A DNA stretch of 64,000 bases from an uncultured Collinsella sp. (lineage in GTDB: Bacteria > Actinomycetota > Coriobacteriia > Coriobacteriales > Coriobacteriaceae), in contig CAUACA010000001.1 in assembly GCA_958427355.1 (NCBI GenBank), positions 103,269-167,268 on the forward strand. The letters are read 5' to 3'. Every line of letters starts with the position of its first letter. Positions within the stretch are counted from its first letter, which is position 1. Shown here piece after piece: positions 1 to 8,074 of this stretch. The position numbers and the translations under genes are program-made. Below the pieces are notes generated by a model. It ran no database searches. It was given only the letters and a program-made list of their open reading frames with translations, and was not told the DNA's origin.

Positions 1-1107
1 GGCAACCTGCTCGTCTCGTGGTCCGACAGCCGATTCAGCGGCTCGCAGCCGAACCCCAAGGCGTTGCTGCCGGACGGCACGCTGCGACCGTACATGCTGA
101 CGCCGACGTATCCCATGAGTATCGACGCCGACGGGCGCCCGCGCTCCGTCTCGGGCGCGAAGGTCGCCAACCGCACGACGTCGCACGACTCGCTCGTCGA
201 CCTTTGCAAGACCGCGACCACGGGCTACTCGGGCATGAGCGTCTACGACCAGTGGTATATCAACTTCCACCAGTTGACCAAGACGCTCTGCAAGTCCTCC
301 CAGGTGGACTTCCCGGGCTGCACGGACTTCAACATCCAGGTCCACCCGGCGCTCGCCGAGACGGGCGTCACGCGCGTGGTCGTCACCGCCGAGCAGGCGG
401 CGAAGATTCCCGTGGGTGCGTCGATGATGTACGGCACCGACACGGGCACCACGTGCCCAGACCGAGGCGCCGCAGCCGCATACGACGTGTTCGACGGCGC
501 CGTTGTCGGCGGCAAGGAGACGCTCGCAGACGGCAACGTGGCGCTTCTCATGGACGTCGCCAAGGCGTTCGACACGACCGTGAACACATGGCTCCAGAGT
601 GCGCCGTGGTGCACGGGCAACACCGATGCCCTCGTTGGTGACGGCCAGGTGGCGAAGGACGGCAAGCATCCGTTCAAGGTCGGCGGCGTCGAGACGGGGC
701 TGGGCCTGTGGGAGTTCATGGGCGATACGCTCTTCGTCTCCGATGGCACGGGCTTCGGTATCGCGGTCAACCCCGACACTCGCAATGAGAAGAAGAACGC
801 CGTGGCGGACGGGGTGACCCCGACGGAGGCGTGCATGCCGACGGCGGACGGCTACATGCTCGACATCCAGTTCGTCAACGGTCTCATCTTGGGCAAGGGG
901 CTCGGCGGCTCGGCGACGACCGGTGTCGGCGACTACTTCTACTTCGACACCTCCGGAGGTAAGGTCAAGGGCACAATCCGTCTGGTTCGGTTCCTCGGCG
1001 ACCTGCGGGACGGCTCGGTTGCCGGTCTTCGTTACGCGGACTCGTGGGGCCTGGTCCGGTCGGGCCACTTGGTACTTCGTCTCCCGGCTTTCTGCTACGG
1101 GCCGTAG
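1..1107 (+). CDS. DGR target protein (5'-truncated by window edge) with C-terminal variable region; C-terminus frameshifted relative to TR
   Basis: Frame is open from base 1. The 3' end contains VR. Without the extra base at 1051-1052 it would end ...SGRATWYFVSRLSATGRSRG at TGA 1115-1117. Confidence 0.88.
   Translation, partial: GNLLVSWSDSRFSGSQPNPKALLPDGTLRPYMLTPTYPMSIDADGRPRSVSGAKVANRTTSHDSLVDLCKTATTGYSGMSVYDQWYINFHQLTKTLCKSSQVDFPGCTDFNIQVHPALAETGVTRVVVTAEQAAKIPVGASMMYGTDTGTTCPDRGAAAAYDVFDGAVVGGKETLADGNVALLMDVAKAFDTTVNTWLQSAPWCTGNTDALVGDGQVAKDGKHPFKVGGVETGLGLWEFMGDTLFVSDGTGFGIAVNPDTRNEKKNAVADGVTPTEACMPTADGYMLDIQFVNGLILGKGLGGSATTGVGDYFYFDTSGGKVKGTIRLVRFLGDLRDGSVAGLRYADSWGLVRSGHLVLRLPAFCYGP
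981..1094 (+). repeat. DGR variable repeat (VR), 114 nt
   Basis: Aligns to 1195-1307 with 15 substitutions, all opposite TR adenines, plus one inserted base. Confidence 0.96.
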
Positions 1108-1153
1108 CCGGGGGTGAATCAGGGCGTAGCCCTGAGAGGGGGCTGGCCCCCTC
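1094..1153 (+). promoter_or_regulatory. Tandem hairpins 3' of VR (candidate DGR target-recognition/cruciform elements)
   Basis: GCTACG-ggc-CGTAGC (1094-1108), TCAGGGC-gta-GCCCTGA (1119-1135), GAGGGGG-ctgg-CCCCCTC (1136-1153). Confidence 0.75.
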
Positions 1154-1194
1154 CTAACCCCAAACAGGGTTTCACGGTGTGGGCGGCGCTGGTT

Positions 1195-1307
1195 TCTGGT
1201 TCAGTTCCTCGGCAACCTGAGGAACGGCTCGAATGCCGGTCTTCGTTACGCGAACTCGAGGAACAGGTCCGGTAGGGCCACTTGGAACTTCGTCTCCCGG
1301 CAATCTG
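1195..1307 (+). repeat. DGR template repeat (TR), 113 nt
   Basis: Non-coding copy of VR, rich in AAC/AAT triplets (21 adenines), lying just upstream of the RT. Confidence 0.96.
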
Positions 1308-1464
1308 TCTATAAATCTCTACTCGCACCGTGTCTACCGCGCCCGCCGCTTTCTGGCGGGACGCGGCTCAGCCTGACTCCTTTGAGTGAAATTTGTCCGC
1401 AAGGCTCACGGGCTGGTAACCGCAAGGCGAACGCTCGTATGACAGACAGAAAGAGCTTTGATCT

Positions 1465-2496
1465 ATGAAAACCTACTGCAAGGGCCTCGAGTTCACGCGC
1501 AAGAGCGTCGTCGAGGCCCTGCACCGATGGAAGAAAAGCGACTCCGGCAAGGAGAACGGCTGGCGCGTCGCCGACGAATACGGCACCGAGACGGCGTTCG
1601 TCGACCGCATCTGGCTAGAGCTCTCGACTGAGACGCTTACGTTCGAGCCGATTCGAACCTACCTGAAGCACGACCCGAACAACGGCAAGCTGCGCGAGAT
1701 AAGCGTCGAGAGTATCAAGCGGCAGGTGTGCAACTACCTGTGCGTTGGGGCACTCGAGCCGCTCCTTGCCGCCAAGGTCGGCTTCTGGCAGGTGTCGAGC
1801 GGCGTCAAGGGCAAGGGTGCGGCGCTGGGGATGCGCAAGCTCAGGCGCGCGGTTCATCGCTTCGCCTACCACGTACACGTCGACATCCGCAACTGCTACG
1901 GCTCGATGCAAACGGCGATAGTGGAGGGTCTGGTGGCGCGCTACGTCAAGAACAGCCAAGTCCTCTACCTGCTCCATTCGCTGCTGTCGACGATGAACGG
2001 CGTCCTTATCCTCGGCAGCTACCTGTCGCTTCGGTTGGCGGCGTTCGTGATCTCGTTCGCGTACCACGCGGTCGAGGAGGCGGCGAAGGAGCGGCGCGGC
2101 AAGCGCGTGAGGCTCGCGGGATGCCAGGTGTGGTACGCCGACGACGGCTATTTTCTCGGCAACTCAAAGCGCTCGCTCGGGAAGGCCGCGGCCATCGCCG
2201 CACGCGTTTTGGGGCGGCTAGGATTGTCGCTGAAGCCGTGGAAGGTGAGGCGCAACGGCACCGAGCCCATCGACTTCGCGGGCTATCGCATCTGGTGCGC
2301 TCGCGGGCGCCGGGTCGACTTGCGAAAGAGGCTCTGGAAACGACTGCGACGCGCGTTCGCGCGCTACATGCGCAGGCGCACCGAGCGCTTGGCGAGGCGC
2401 GTGTGCTCTTACTGGGGCTGGCTGAAAACGGCTGTCATGGAGCACCAGATGAACGTCAAGCGGTGCATATTCAACGCGGCGAGGGCCGTGGGTTAG
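1465..2496 (+). CDS. DGR reverse transcriptase
   Basis: 343 aa; motifs HVDIRNCYGSM, LGSYLS, WYADDGYF, IDFAGY; basic C-terminus ending SYWGWLK; adjacent to TR. Confidence 0.95.
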   Translation: MKTYCKGLEFTRKSVVEALHRWKKSDSGKENGWRVADEYGTETAFVDRIWLELSTETLTFEPIRTYLKHDPNNGKLREISVESIKRQVCNYLCVGALEPLLAAKVGFWQVSSGVKGKGAALGMRKLRRAVHRFAYHVHVDIRNCYGSMQTAIVEGLVARYVKNSQVLYLLHSLLSTMNGVLILGSYLSLRLAAFVISFAYHAVEEAAKERRGKRVRLAGCQVWYADDGYFLGNSKRSLGKAAAIAARVLGRLGLSLKPWKVRRNGTEPIDFAGYRIWCARGRRVDLRKRLWKRLRRAFARYMRRRTERLARRVCSYWGWLKTAVMEHQMNVKRCIFNAARAVG

Positions 2497-2506
2497 GAGG
2501 AAAAAT

Positions 2507-2848
2507 ATGGTTGTGAAGTCTGAGCGAACGGGCGAGAGGCCCGAGACGGTCGAGATCGCAGGAGCCGACGTCTGGCTGCGCCGCGGCATCTCCGAGGGCG
2601 AGCGCGAGGAGCAGGGCGGCGAGGGCGGTTCCGTCAAGGTGAAGGTGTTCACCTATGAGGAGCTGCACTTCACCGACCAGACTGGCGAGCTGACGGTCGA
2701 GGGCGCAAAGGCCGACTTTGACACCGTCTGGGCGGCACACGAGGCGGACGGCATGAGCATGGAGGAGCAGATCGCATCGCTACAGCAGCAGGTCGCCGAC
2801 TCGCAGGCGGCCCTTCTCGAGCTCGGCGACATCGTTGGAGGTGAGTAA
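2507..2848 (+). CDS. Phage hypothetical protein with C-terminal coiled coil (type usually found after tail-fibre genes)
   Basis: 113 aa, AGGAGG RBS, C-terminus EEQIASLQQQVADSQAALLEL. Confidence 0.7.
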   Translation: MVVKSERTGERPETVEIAGADVWLRRGISEGEREEQGGEGGSVKVKVFTYEELHFTDQTGELTVEGAKADFDTVWAAHEADGMSMEEQIASLQQQVADSQAALLELGDIVGGE

Positions 2849-2849
2849 C

Positions 2850-2960
2850 TTGGCGAAGATCTACTACCGCGCCGTGAAAAGCGGCAAGCGCACGCTCGAG
2901 AGCGTTCCCGAGCGCTGGCGCGACGAGGTGCGCCAGATGCTAGAGGCAGACGGCGAGTAG
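2850..2960 (+). CDS. Small phage protein, CD1375/XkdX-like (not in ORF track)
   Basis: TTG start after GGAGGTG; MAKIYYRAVKSGKRTLESVPERWRDEVRQMLEADGE, 36 aa. Confidence 0.75.
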   Translation: MAKIYYRAVKSGKRTLESVPERWRDEVRQMLEADGE

Positions 2961-2994
2961 GGAAGGGCCCCAGCTTCGGTCGGGGCCCTTTTCC
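2961..2994 (+). terminator. Rho-independent terminator
   Basis: AAGGGCCCC...GGGGCCCTT stem followed by T-run. Confidence 0.75.
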
Positions 2995-3038
2995 GTTATG
3001 CGCGGGCGACCATGCGTGCCGACGATTGGAGGCGGCGC

Positions 3039-4784
3039 ATGGCGAAGGACAGCGCTCACGAGTTCTCAGACGCCGAGATTCGGGCGTTCGAGCGCGAGGT
3101 GGCGGGAGTATACGGCGAGGCGAGCAAGACGGCCTACGCCAACCTCAAGCGCTATCTGGCGCAGTTCGAGGCCGACGACGAGAAGATGCGCGAACGGCTC
3201 GAGGCCGGCGAGATCACAAAGGCGCAATACAGGTCTTGGCGAAGCGGGAAGATCGCGGCGGGCAGGCGCTACCGAATCGTGCTCAAGCAGTGCGCCGAGG
3301 CTATGACGCACGCGAACGTCGTCGCGGCCGCCGCCATCGAGGGCAGGCTGCCCGAGGTCTACGCCGAGAACTACAACTACGGCACGTGGCAGGTCGAGAG
3401 CGCCGTTGGCGTTGACACGGCCTACGCACTGCAGGACGCCTCGACCGTTCAGAGGCTGCTCACCGATCACGACAGCTACCTGCCAAAGCCGTCCGTCAAC
3501 GTCGTCAAGGACGTGGCGTGGAACCGCCGGCTCATCGCCAACCAGATCACGCAGGGTCTGCTGCTCGGCGAGTCGATACCAAAGATAGCCAAGCGCATGC
3601 AGGACGTGACGGGGTCGAACCGCGCGGCTGCGGTGCGTCTGGCGCGCACCTCGACGACGGCGGCGGAGAACGCCGGGCGCGTCGACAGCTACAAGAGGGC
3701 CAAGGGGCTCGGTATCAAGGTGCAGCAGGAATGGGTGGCGACGCTCGACCTGCGCACGCGCTCGAGCCACAGGGAGATTGACCGCGAGAAGGTCGAGGTC
3801 GGCGAGAAGTTCAGCAACGGGTGCCGCTACCCGGGCGACCCCGAGGCGCCGTATGCCCAGACCGCGAACTGCCGATGCACGCTGGTGGCGTGCTGCGACG
3901 GACTCGACGTGCTCGACGGCGAGCGGTTCAGCCGCCTGCCCGAGGGCATGACCTACGAGGAATGGAAGGCGGGCAAGCCCGCCGTCAACGGCACCAAGCC
4001 CGCGAACCGTACCATCTCTGAGTTCATGGAAATGCCCGGAACCAAGCGCAAGCTGGATACGGCGGGCGTGTCCAAGACCGAGGCGCGAAAGCGGCTCTCG
4101 CGGCAGCTTGAGGACTACGGCATACCGTCGAGCGGGTTTAGGAAAATGTCGGCGGGCGACCAGCAAAAGGTGCTGGACTCGGCGCTCGGCACGGTCTACG
4201 AGGGCGGCGGGAAATCGAGAGCTAAGCCGGTAGAGCACTCAATGGAGTTCGCGGTGGATATGGGGAAGATCGCGAGCAGGGACTACAGGGCAAAGGTGTC
4301 TAAAGCCGTCGGCAAAGATGCCGCGGACGGCGTACATGCGAGCATAAGACGCATCCTCAGCCACCGAGGGGGCACGAACGGCGAGGACCTTTACGCCATC
4401 GACTTGTCAACGGGCAAGACAATCACGAGCTGCGTTAACTCGACCATCGGCAGCACCGTGGTCCCTCCGGCGAAGTTCGGCAAGAAGGTCGAGGCGGCAA
4501 TCGGGGACGGTCGGCGCGTAGTGCTGCTCCACAACCACCCGGCCTCTGGCATCCCTAGCGCGGCTGACCTTTTGGCGGTCGGCGGCAAGGGCTGCGAGAT
4601 GGGGATAATCGCAGCTCACGATGGAAGTATCTACACGTTCGAGAAGGTTTCCGAACCGGATGCGTCCTATAATGTCGATGAGGTGAAGTACCTTAGAATC
4701 CAAAGGCTTTACGGCGGCAACGAGGACAGGCTGTTTCGGGCGATTGAGGAGAGGTTCGGTTTCAAGATTGAGCATCATGAATGA
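3039..4784 (+). CDS. Phage minor head protein (MuF/SPP1 gp7 family) with C-terminal JAB/MPN-like extension
   Basis: GGAGG RBS at 3028; MuF motifs ARTSTT..EN.GR, W.ATLD.RTR.SH, YPGDP..ANCRC; C-terminal HNHP..G.PS..D. Confidence 0.88.
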   Translation: MAKDSAHEFSDAEIRAFEREVAGVYGEASKTAYANLKRYLAQFEADDEKMRERLEAGEITKAQYRSWRSGKIAAGRRYRIVLKQCAEAMTHANVVAAAAIEGRLPEVYAENYNYGTWQVESAVGVDTAYALQDASTVQRLLTDHDSYLPKPSVNVVKDVAWNRRLIANQITQGLLLGESIPKIAKRMQDVTGSNRAAAVRLARTSTTAAENAGRVDSYKRAKGLGIKVQQEWVATLDLRTRSSHREIDREKVEVGEKFSNGCRYPGDPEAPYAQTANCRCTLVACCDGLDVLDGERFSRLPEGMTYEEWKAGKPAVNGTKPANRTISEFMEMPGTKRKLDTAGVSKTEARKRLSRQLEDYGIPSSGFRKMSAGDQQKVLDSALGTVYEGGGKSRAKPVEHSMEFAVDMGKIASRDYRAKVSKAVGKDAADGVHASIRRILSHRGGTNGEDLYAIDLSTGKTITSCVNSTIGSTVVPPAKFGKKVEAAIGDGRRVVLLHNHPASGIPSAADLLAVGGKGCEMGIIAAHDGSIYTFEKVSEPDASYNVDEVKYLRIQRLYGGNEDRLFRAIEERFGFKIEHHE

Positions 4785-5010
4785 CATACTCAACGAAGCC
4801 GTTAGCTATCTCGACGGAAGAGACGACGTCGACGCTATAGGTCACGTTCTCGATTCCAAGCCTAAAGCCGTTCAGGAGCTATGGCTTAAAGAGGCCAAAT
4901 ACGACGACGAGAATCGCAGGGAGTACTACGAGCTGTTTGGCCCGGATAAGTTCGAGGATGCTCTTGAAGCCGATATAGTCGAGATATTCGAAAGCGAACT
5001 AAATAACTAG
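4777..5010 (+). CDS. Small acidic protein, candidate immunity/partner of the MuF extension
   Basis: 77 aa, start overlaps the MuF stop, more AT-rich than neighbours. Confidence 0.6.
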   Translation: MNDILNEAVSYLDGRDDVDAIGHVLDSKPKAVQELWLKEAKYDDENRREYYELFGPDKFEDALEADIVEIFESELNN

Positions 5011-5016
5011 CCAACA

Positions 5017-5042
5017 GGCCCCGCCACGGCGGGGCTTTTTTC
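5017..5042 (+). terminator. Rho-independent terminator
   Basis: GCCCCGCC-ac-GGCGGGGC followed by TTTTTT. Confidence 0.8.
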
Positions 5043-5092
5043 ATGTCGCGTGACCGTGCCGCGACACTGCCCGCAGAGAGATTGGGGCAGGC

Positions 5093-5314
5093 ATGAAAGA
5101 GCTATTCACTTGTGCGAACTGCGGCGACTGCGCCGTAAAGCTGGGTTTCGGCTTCACGTTCCCGGACACCTACATCTGCACGCAGCGCGGCGACGAGGTC
5201 GAGCCCGACGACGGCTGCACGCTCGGGTGCGAGGGCGTTCCGATGCAGGCCATCGAGGCCATCGAGGCGGACGTCGACGGTCGCGTTGGCTACGGCTGCG
5301 AGGTGCTCGACTGA
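5093..5314 (+). CDS. Small Cys-rich phage protein (putative metal-binding)
   Basis: 73 aa, CxxCxxC plus further Cys; stop overlaps the next start. Confidence 0.6.
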   Translation: MKELFTCANCGDCAVKLGFGFTFPDTYICTQRGDEVEPDDGCTLGCEGVPMQAIEAIEADVDGRVGYGCEVLD

Positions 5315-5736
5315 TGGCTTACGGGCTCGTCGGCAGCGTCGGCGACCACGGCCGGCACGGCACCCTCATCACCGAGGAGATCGTAAACGCCGCGAAGCTG
5401 GATACCGCCGAGTGCATCGAGATACGGCAGAACAACATCGAGCAGGTCGAGAAGGCCCTCCTGCGCGCCTATAAAACGGGCCTGGAGGAGATAGGCCTCG
5501 TCGCGGAGGGCTACGCCAAGGCGACGTGCCCGGTCGACACGGGCAGGTTGCGCAACTCCGTCACGCACCTCCTCAAAGGCTACGACTGCTTCATCGGCAC
5601 CAACGTCGAGTACGCGCCGTACGTCGAGGAGGGGACCTCCCGCATGAAGGGCAAGCACTTCCTGCGCAAGGCGGCGACGGGCCACGGGGACACGTACCGG
5701 GCGATTCTCGAGAAGCACCTGAGGGGTGGCGCGTAG
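5314..5736 (+). CDS. HK97 gp10-like phage morphogenesis protein
   Basis: Motif CPVDTGRLRNS...GTNVEYAPYVEEGT. Confidence 0.85.
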   Translation: MAYGLVGSVGDHGRHGTLITEEIVNAAKLDTAECIEIRQNNIEQVEKALLRAYKTGLEEIGLVAEGYAKATCPVDTGRLRNSVTHLLKGYDCFIGTNVEYAPYVEEGTSRMKGKHFLRKAATGHGDTYRAILEKHLRGGA

Positions 5737-5844
5737 GGCCGCGTTACTCCGTTTGGATACTCACCCTTGCCGCGAGGTATTGCGGCGCGGGCCCGCCGAG
5801 GCAATAGGTGGGAACCCGCCCATTCCGAAGCAAGGGAGATTCTG

Positions 5845-6408
5845 TTGGCACTTACGCGAAAGATGCTCAAGGCAATGGGCATCGAGGACGAGAAGATCGA
5901 CCAGATCATCGACGAGCATGCCGAGAGCGTGAACGCGCTCAAGGCGCAGCGCGACGAGTTCAAGGAGGCCGCGGACAAGGCGGACGGCTACAAGAAGGAG
6001 CTGGACGCACTCAAGGCCAAGGGCGAGGGCGCGGACGAGTACGAGGAAAAGTACAAGGCCGCCGTCAAGAACCTAGAGGACTACAAGGCCAAGGTCGAGG
6101 GCGAGAAGGCCGCAGCCGAGAAGCGCAGCCTGTACCGAAAGCTGCTCGAGTCGGCGGGCGTCGACCCCAAGCGCATCGAGACCGTTCTCAAGGTTTCCGA
6201 CCTCGAGAACGTGACCGTCAAGGACGGCGCTATCGAGGACGCGGACAAGCTCACCGAGGGCATCAAGGCCGACTGGGCCGACTTCATCGCAACCACGACC
6301 GTCAAGGGTGCCGACGTGGCCCACGCCCCCAAGGGCGAGGGCGGCAAGGACATCAACGAAATGAGCACCGCCGAGTACATGAAGTACAAGGCGGAGCAGA
6401 GAGGCTAA
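5845..6408 (+). CDS. Capsid scaffolding protein
   Basis: TTG start after GGGAG; helical, charged protein immediately upstream of the capsid gene. Confidence 0.8.
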   Translation: MALTRKMLKAMGIEDEKIDQIIDEHAESVNALKAQRDEFKEAADKADGYKKELDALKAKGEGADEYEEKYKAAVKNLEDYKAKVEGEKAAAEKRSLYRKLLESAGVDPKRIETVLKVSDLENVTVKDGAIEDADKLTEGIKADWADFIATTTVKGADVAHAPKGEGGKDINEMSTAEYMKYKAEQRG

Positions 6409-6417
6409 GGGGTATCT

Positions 6418-7299
6418 ATGTCGAACACCATCCTTACACCCAACATCATCGCCAACGAGGCGCTGGACGTTCTGCGCACCAACGCCGTCATGGCCAACCT
6501 CGTCCACCGCGACTACTCCTCCGAGTTCGTCGCGGGAGTGGGCGACACCATCACCGTCCGCAAGCCCGCCACCTTCGAGGCCAAGGAGTTCACCACCGAG
6601 GTCGAGGTGCAGGACGCCACGGAGGGCAAGGTCCCCGTCAAGATGGACAAGCTGCTCGACGTGACGTTCGCCGTCACGTCCAAGGAGCTGACGATGGGCA
6701 TCGTCGACTTCTCCGCACAGTTCCTCGTCCCGGCGATGCAGGCCTTCGCCGACAAGATCGACGGCTACCTGCTCAAGCTCGAGAAGGACGTCACGAACCG
6801 CGTCGACCACACCAAGGGCGCCATCGCCGTGGCGGACATCATCGCCGCCCGCAAGTTCCTCGTGGACGCCAAGGCGCCCTCCACGGAGCGCCGCTTCGTC
6901 TACGGCTCCCAGGCCGAGGCCGACCTGCTCAACACCGAGGCGTTCACCAATGCGTCCGCCGTCGGCGACAACGGCACCGCCCTCAAGGAGGCATCGCTTG
7001 GCCGCAAGTACGGCCTCGACTTCTACTGCGACCAGAACGTTCAGAAGACGACCGCCGAGACGGCAAACTACACGCCGTCCATCGCGTTCCACAAGAACGC
7101 CTTCGCGCTCGTGACCCGCCAGCTCGAGATGCCGCTCGGCGCGCCCAAGGCCTTCTCTACCTCCTACGACGGCTTCGGCCTGCGCGTAGTCCAGGGCTAC
7201 GACCAGAAGACCAAGACCGACACCGTCTCCATCGACATGCTCTGCGGCGTCAAGACCCTCAGCCCCGAGCTCGCCGCAGTCATCACCGACAAGCGATAG
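6418..7299 (+). CDS. Major capsid protein (P22 coat-like)
   Basis: 293 aa; GDTITVRKP and DMLCGVKTL motifs; gene position. Confidence 0.88.
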   Translation: MSNTILTPNIIANEALDVLRTNAVMANLVHRDYSSEFVAGVGDTITVRKPATFEAKEFTTEVEVQDATEGKVPVKMDKLLDVTFAVTSKELTMGIVDFSAQFLVPAMQAFADKIDGYLLKLEKDVTNRVDHTKGAIAVADIIAARKFLVDAKAPSTERRFVYGSQAEADLLNTEAFTNASAVGDNGTALKEASLGRKYGLDFYCDQNVQKTTAETANYTPSIAFHKNAFALVTRQLEMPLGAPKAFSTSYDGFGLRVVQGYDQKTKTDTVSIDMLCGVKTLSPELAAVITDKR

Positions 7300-7307
7300 G
7301 CGCAGAG

Positions 7308-7724
7308 ATGCTCGAGCAGGTGCTTCTGTCGCTGCGCAACTGGTTCGTCGCCGACAAGCGCACGGGGCGCGTCCGCATCGAGGACGGTAGCCTCGTGCCG
7401 CCCGCGGCCCTCGGCCTCAAGGAGGGCCAGTACGTCCGCATCACGGGCTCGACGTTCAACGACGGGCTGCATGCTTGGCCCTACAACGGGCTCACGGACG
7501 AGGAGTTCGTCGGCACCGTCTGGGCGCTCGCCATCCCGCAGGCTGTGGTCGACCTCGCTGACGAGATCGCGGCGTGGCAGACCGAGCACGCCAAGGAGCT
7601 GGACAGCCCGTACGCATCCGAGAGCTTCGGCGGCTACAGCTACACGCGCGTCGGCGGCGACGGCTCGCCCATCACGTGGCGGCAGCAGTTCAAGGCGCGT
7701 CTCGACCCTTGGAGAAAGCTGTGA
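7308..7724 (+). CDS. Head-tail connector/adaptor protein
   Basis: SPYASESFGGYSYT motif; follows the capsid gene. Confidence 0.75.
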   Translation: MLEQVLLSLRNWFVADKRTGRVRIEDGSLVPPAALGLKEGQYVRITGSTFNDGLHAWPYNGLTDEEFVGTVWALAIPQAVVDLADEIAAWQTEHAKELDSPYASESFGGYSYTRVGGDGSPITWRQQFKARLDPWRKL

Positions 7725-8074
7725 GCCGCCTGTACGAGCGCATGGCGGTGGCGTGCACGAGGCTCGTCGCAAAGACCGAGCCTGATGGTGAGGGTGGCTT
7801 CAAGACCGTCCTCGCCGTCGGCGACGGCTTCACGGCGGCGATCGTGCGCGACAGCTCCACGGCCTCGCGTATCGCGGAGCACGACGGCGTGAGGAACGTC
7901 TACACCGTGACGACCGCCGAGCCGCTGCGCTACGGCGACCTCTTCCAGCGTGCGTTCGACGGGCAGGTATTCCGCTGCACGTCGAACGCGGACGACGGCG
8001 CCGCGCCGTGCTGCGCGTCATTCGGCTTCGGCCAGTGCGGCGCGGAGGAGTGGGAGGTGCCGGATGGCGACTAA
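7721..8074 (+). CDS. Putative head-closure protein
   Basis: GTGA overlap with the previous gene; PDGEGG motif; synteny. Confidence 0.65.
   Translation: MSRLYERMAVACTRLVAKTEPDGEGGFKTVLAVGDGFTAAIVRDSSTASRIAEHDGVRNVYTVTTAEPLRYGDLFQRAFDGQVFRCTSNADDGAAPCCASFGFGQCGAEEWEVPDGD

Noticed and set aside
981..1307. VR/TR pair as a CRISPR array or simple duplication
   Set aside because: Only two copies, no spacers, adenine-specific mismatches and an adjacent RT: this is a DGR.
2507..2848. ORF after RT as Avd accessory protein
   Set aside because: Size fits, but it is acidic with a beta-like N-terminus, unlike the basic four-helix Avd; not excluded without a structure search.
5808..7307. 638-aa ORF 5808-7724 as one protein
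   Set aside because: The first 500 codons are a GC-rich shadow frame over scaffold and capsid; only 7308-7724 looks real.
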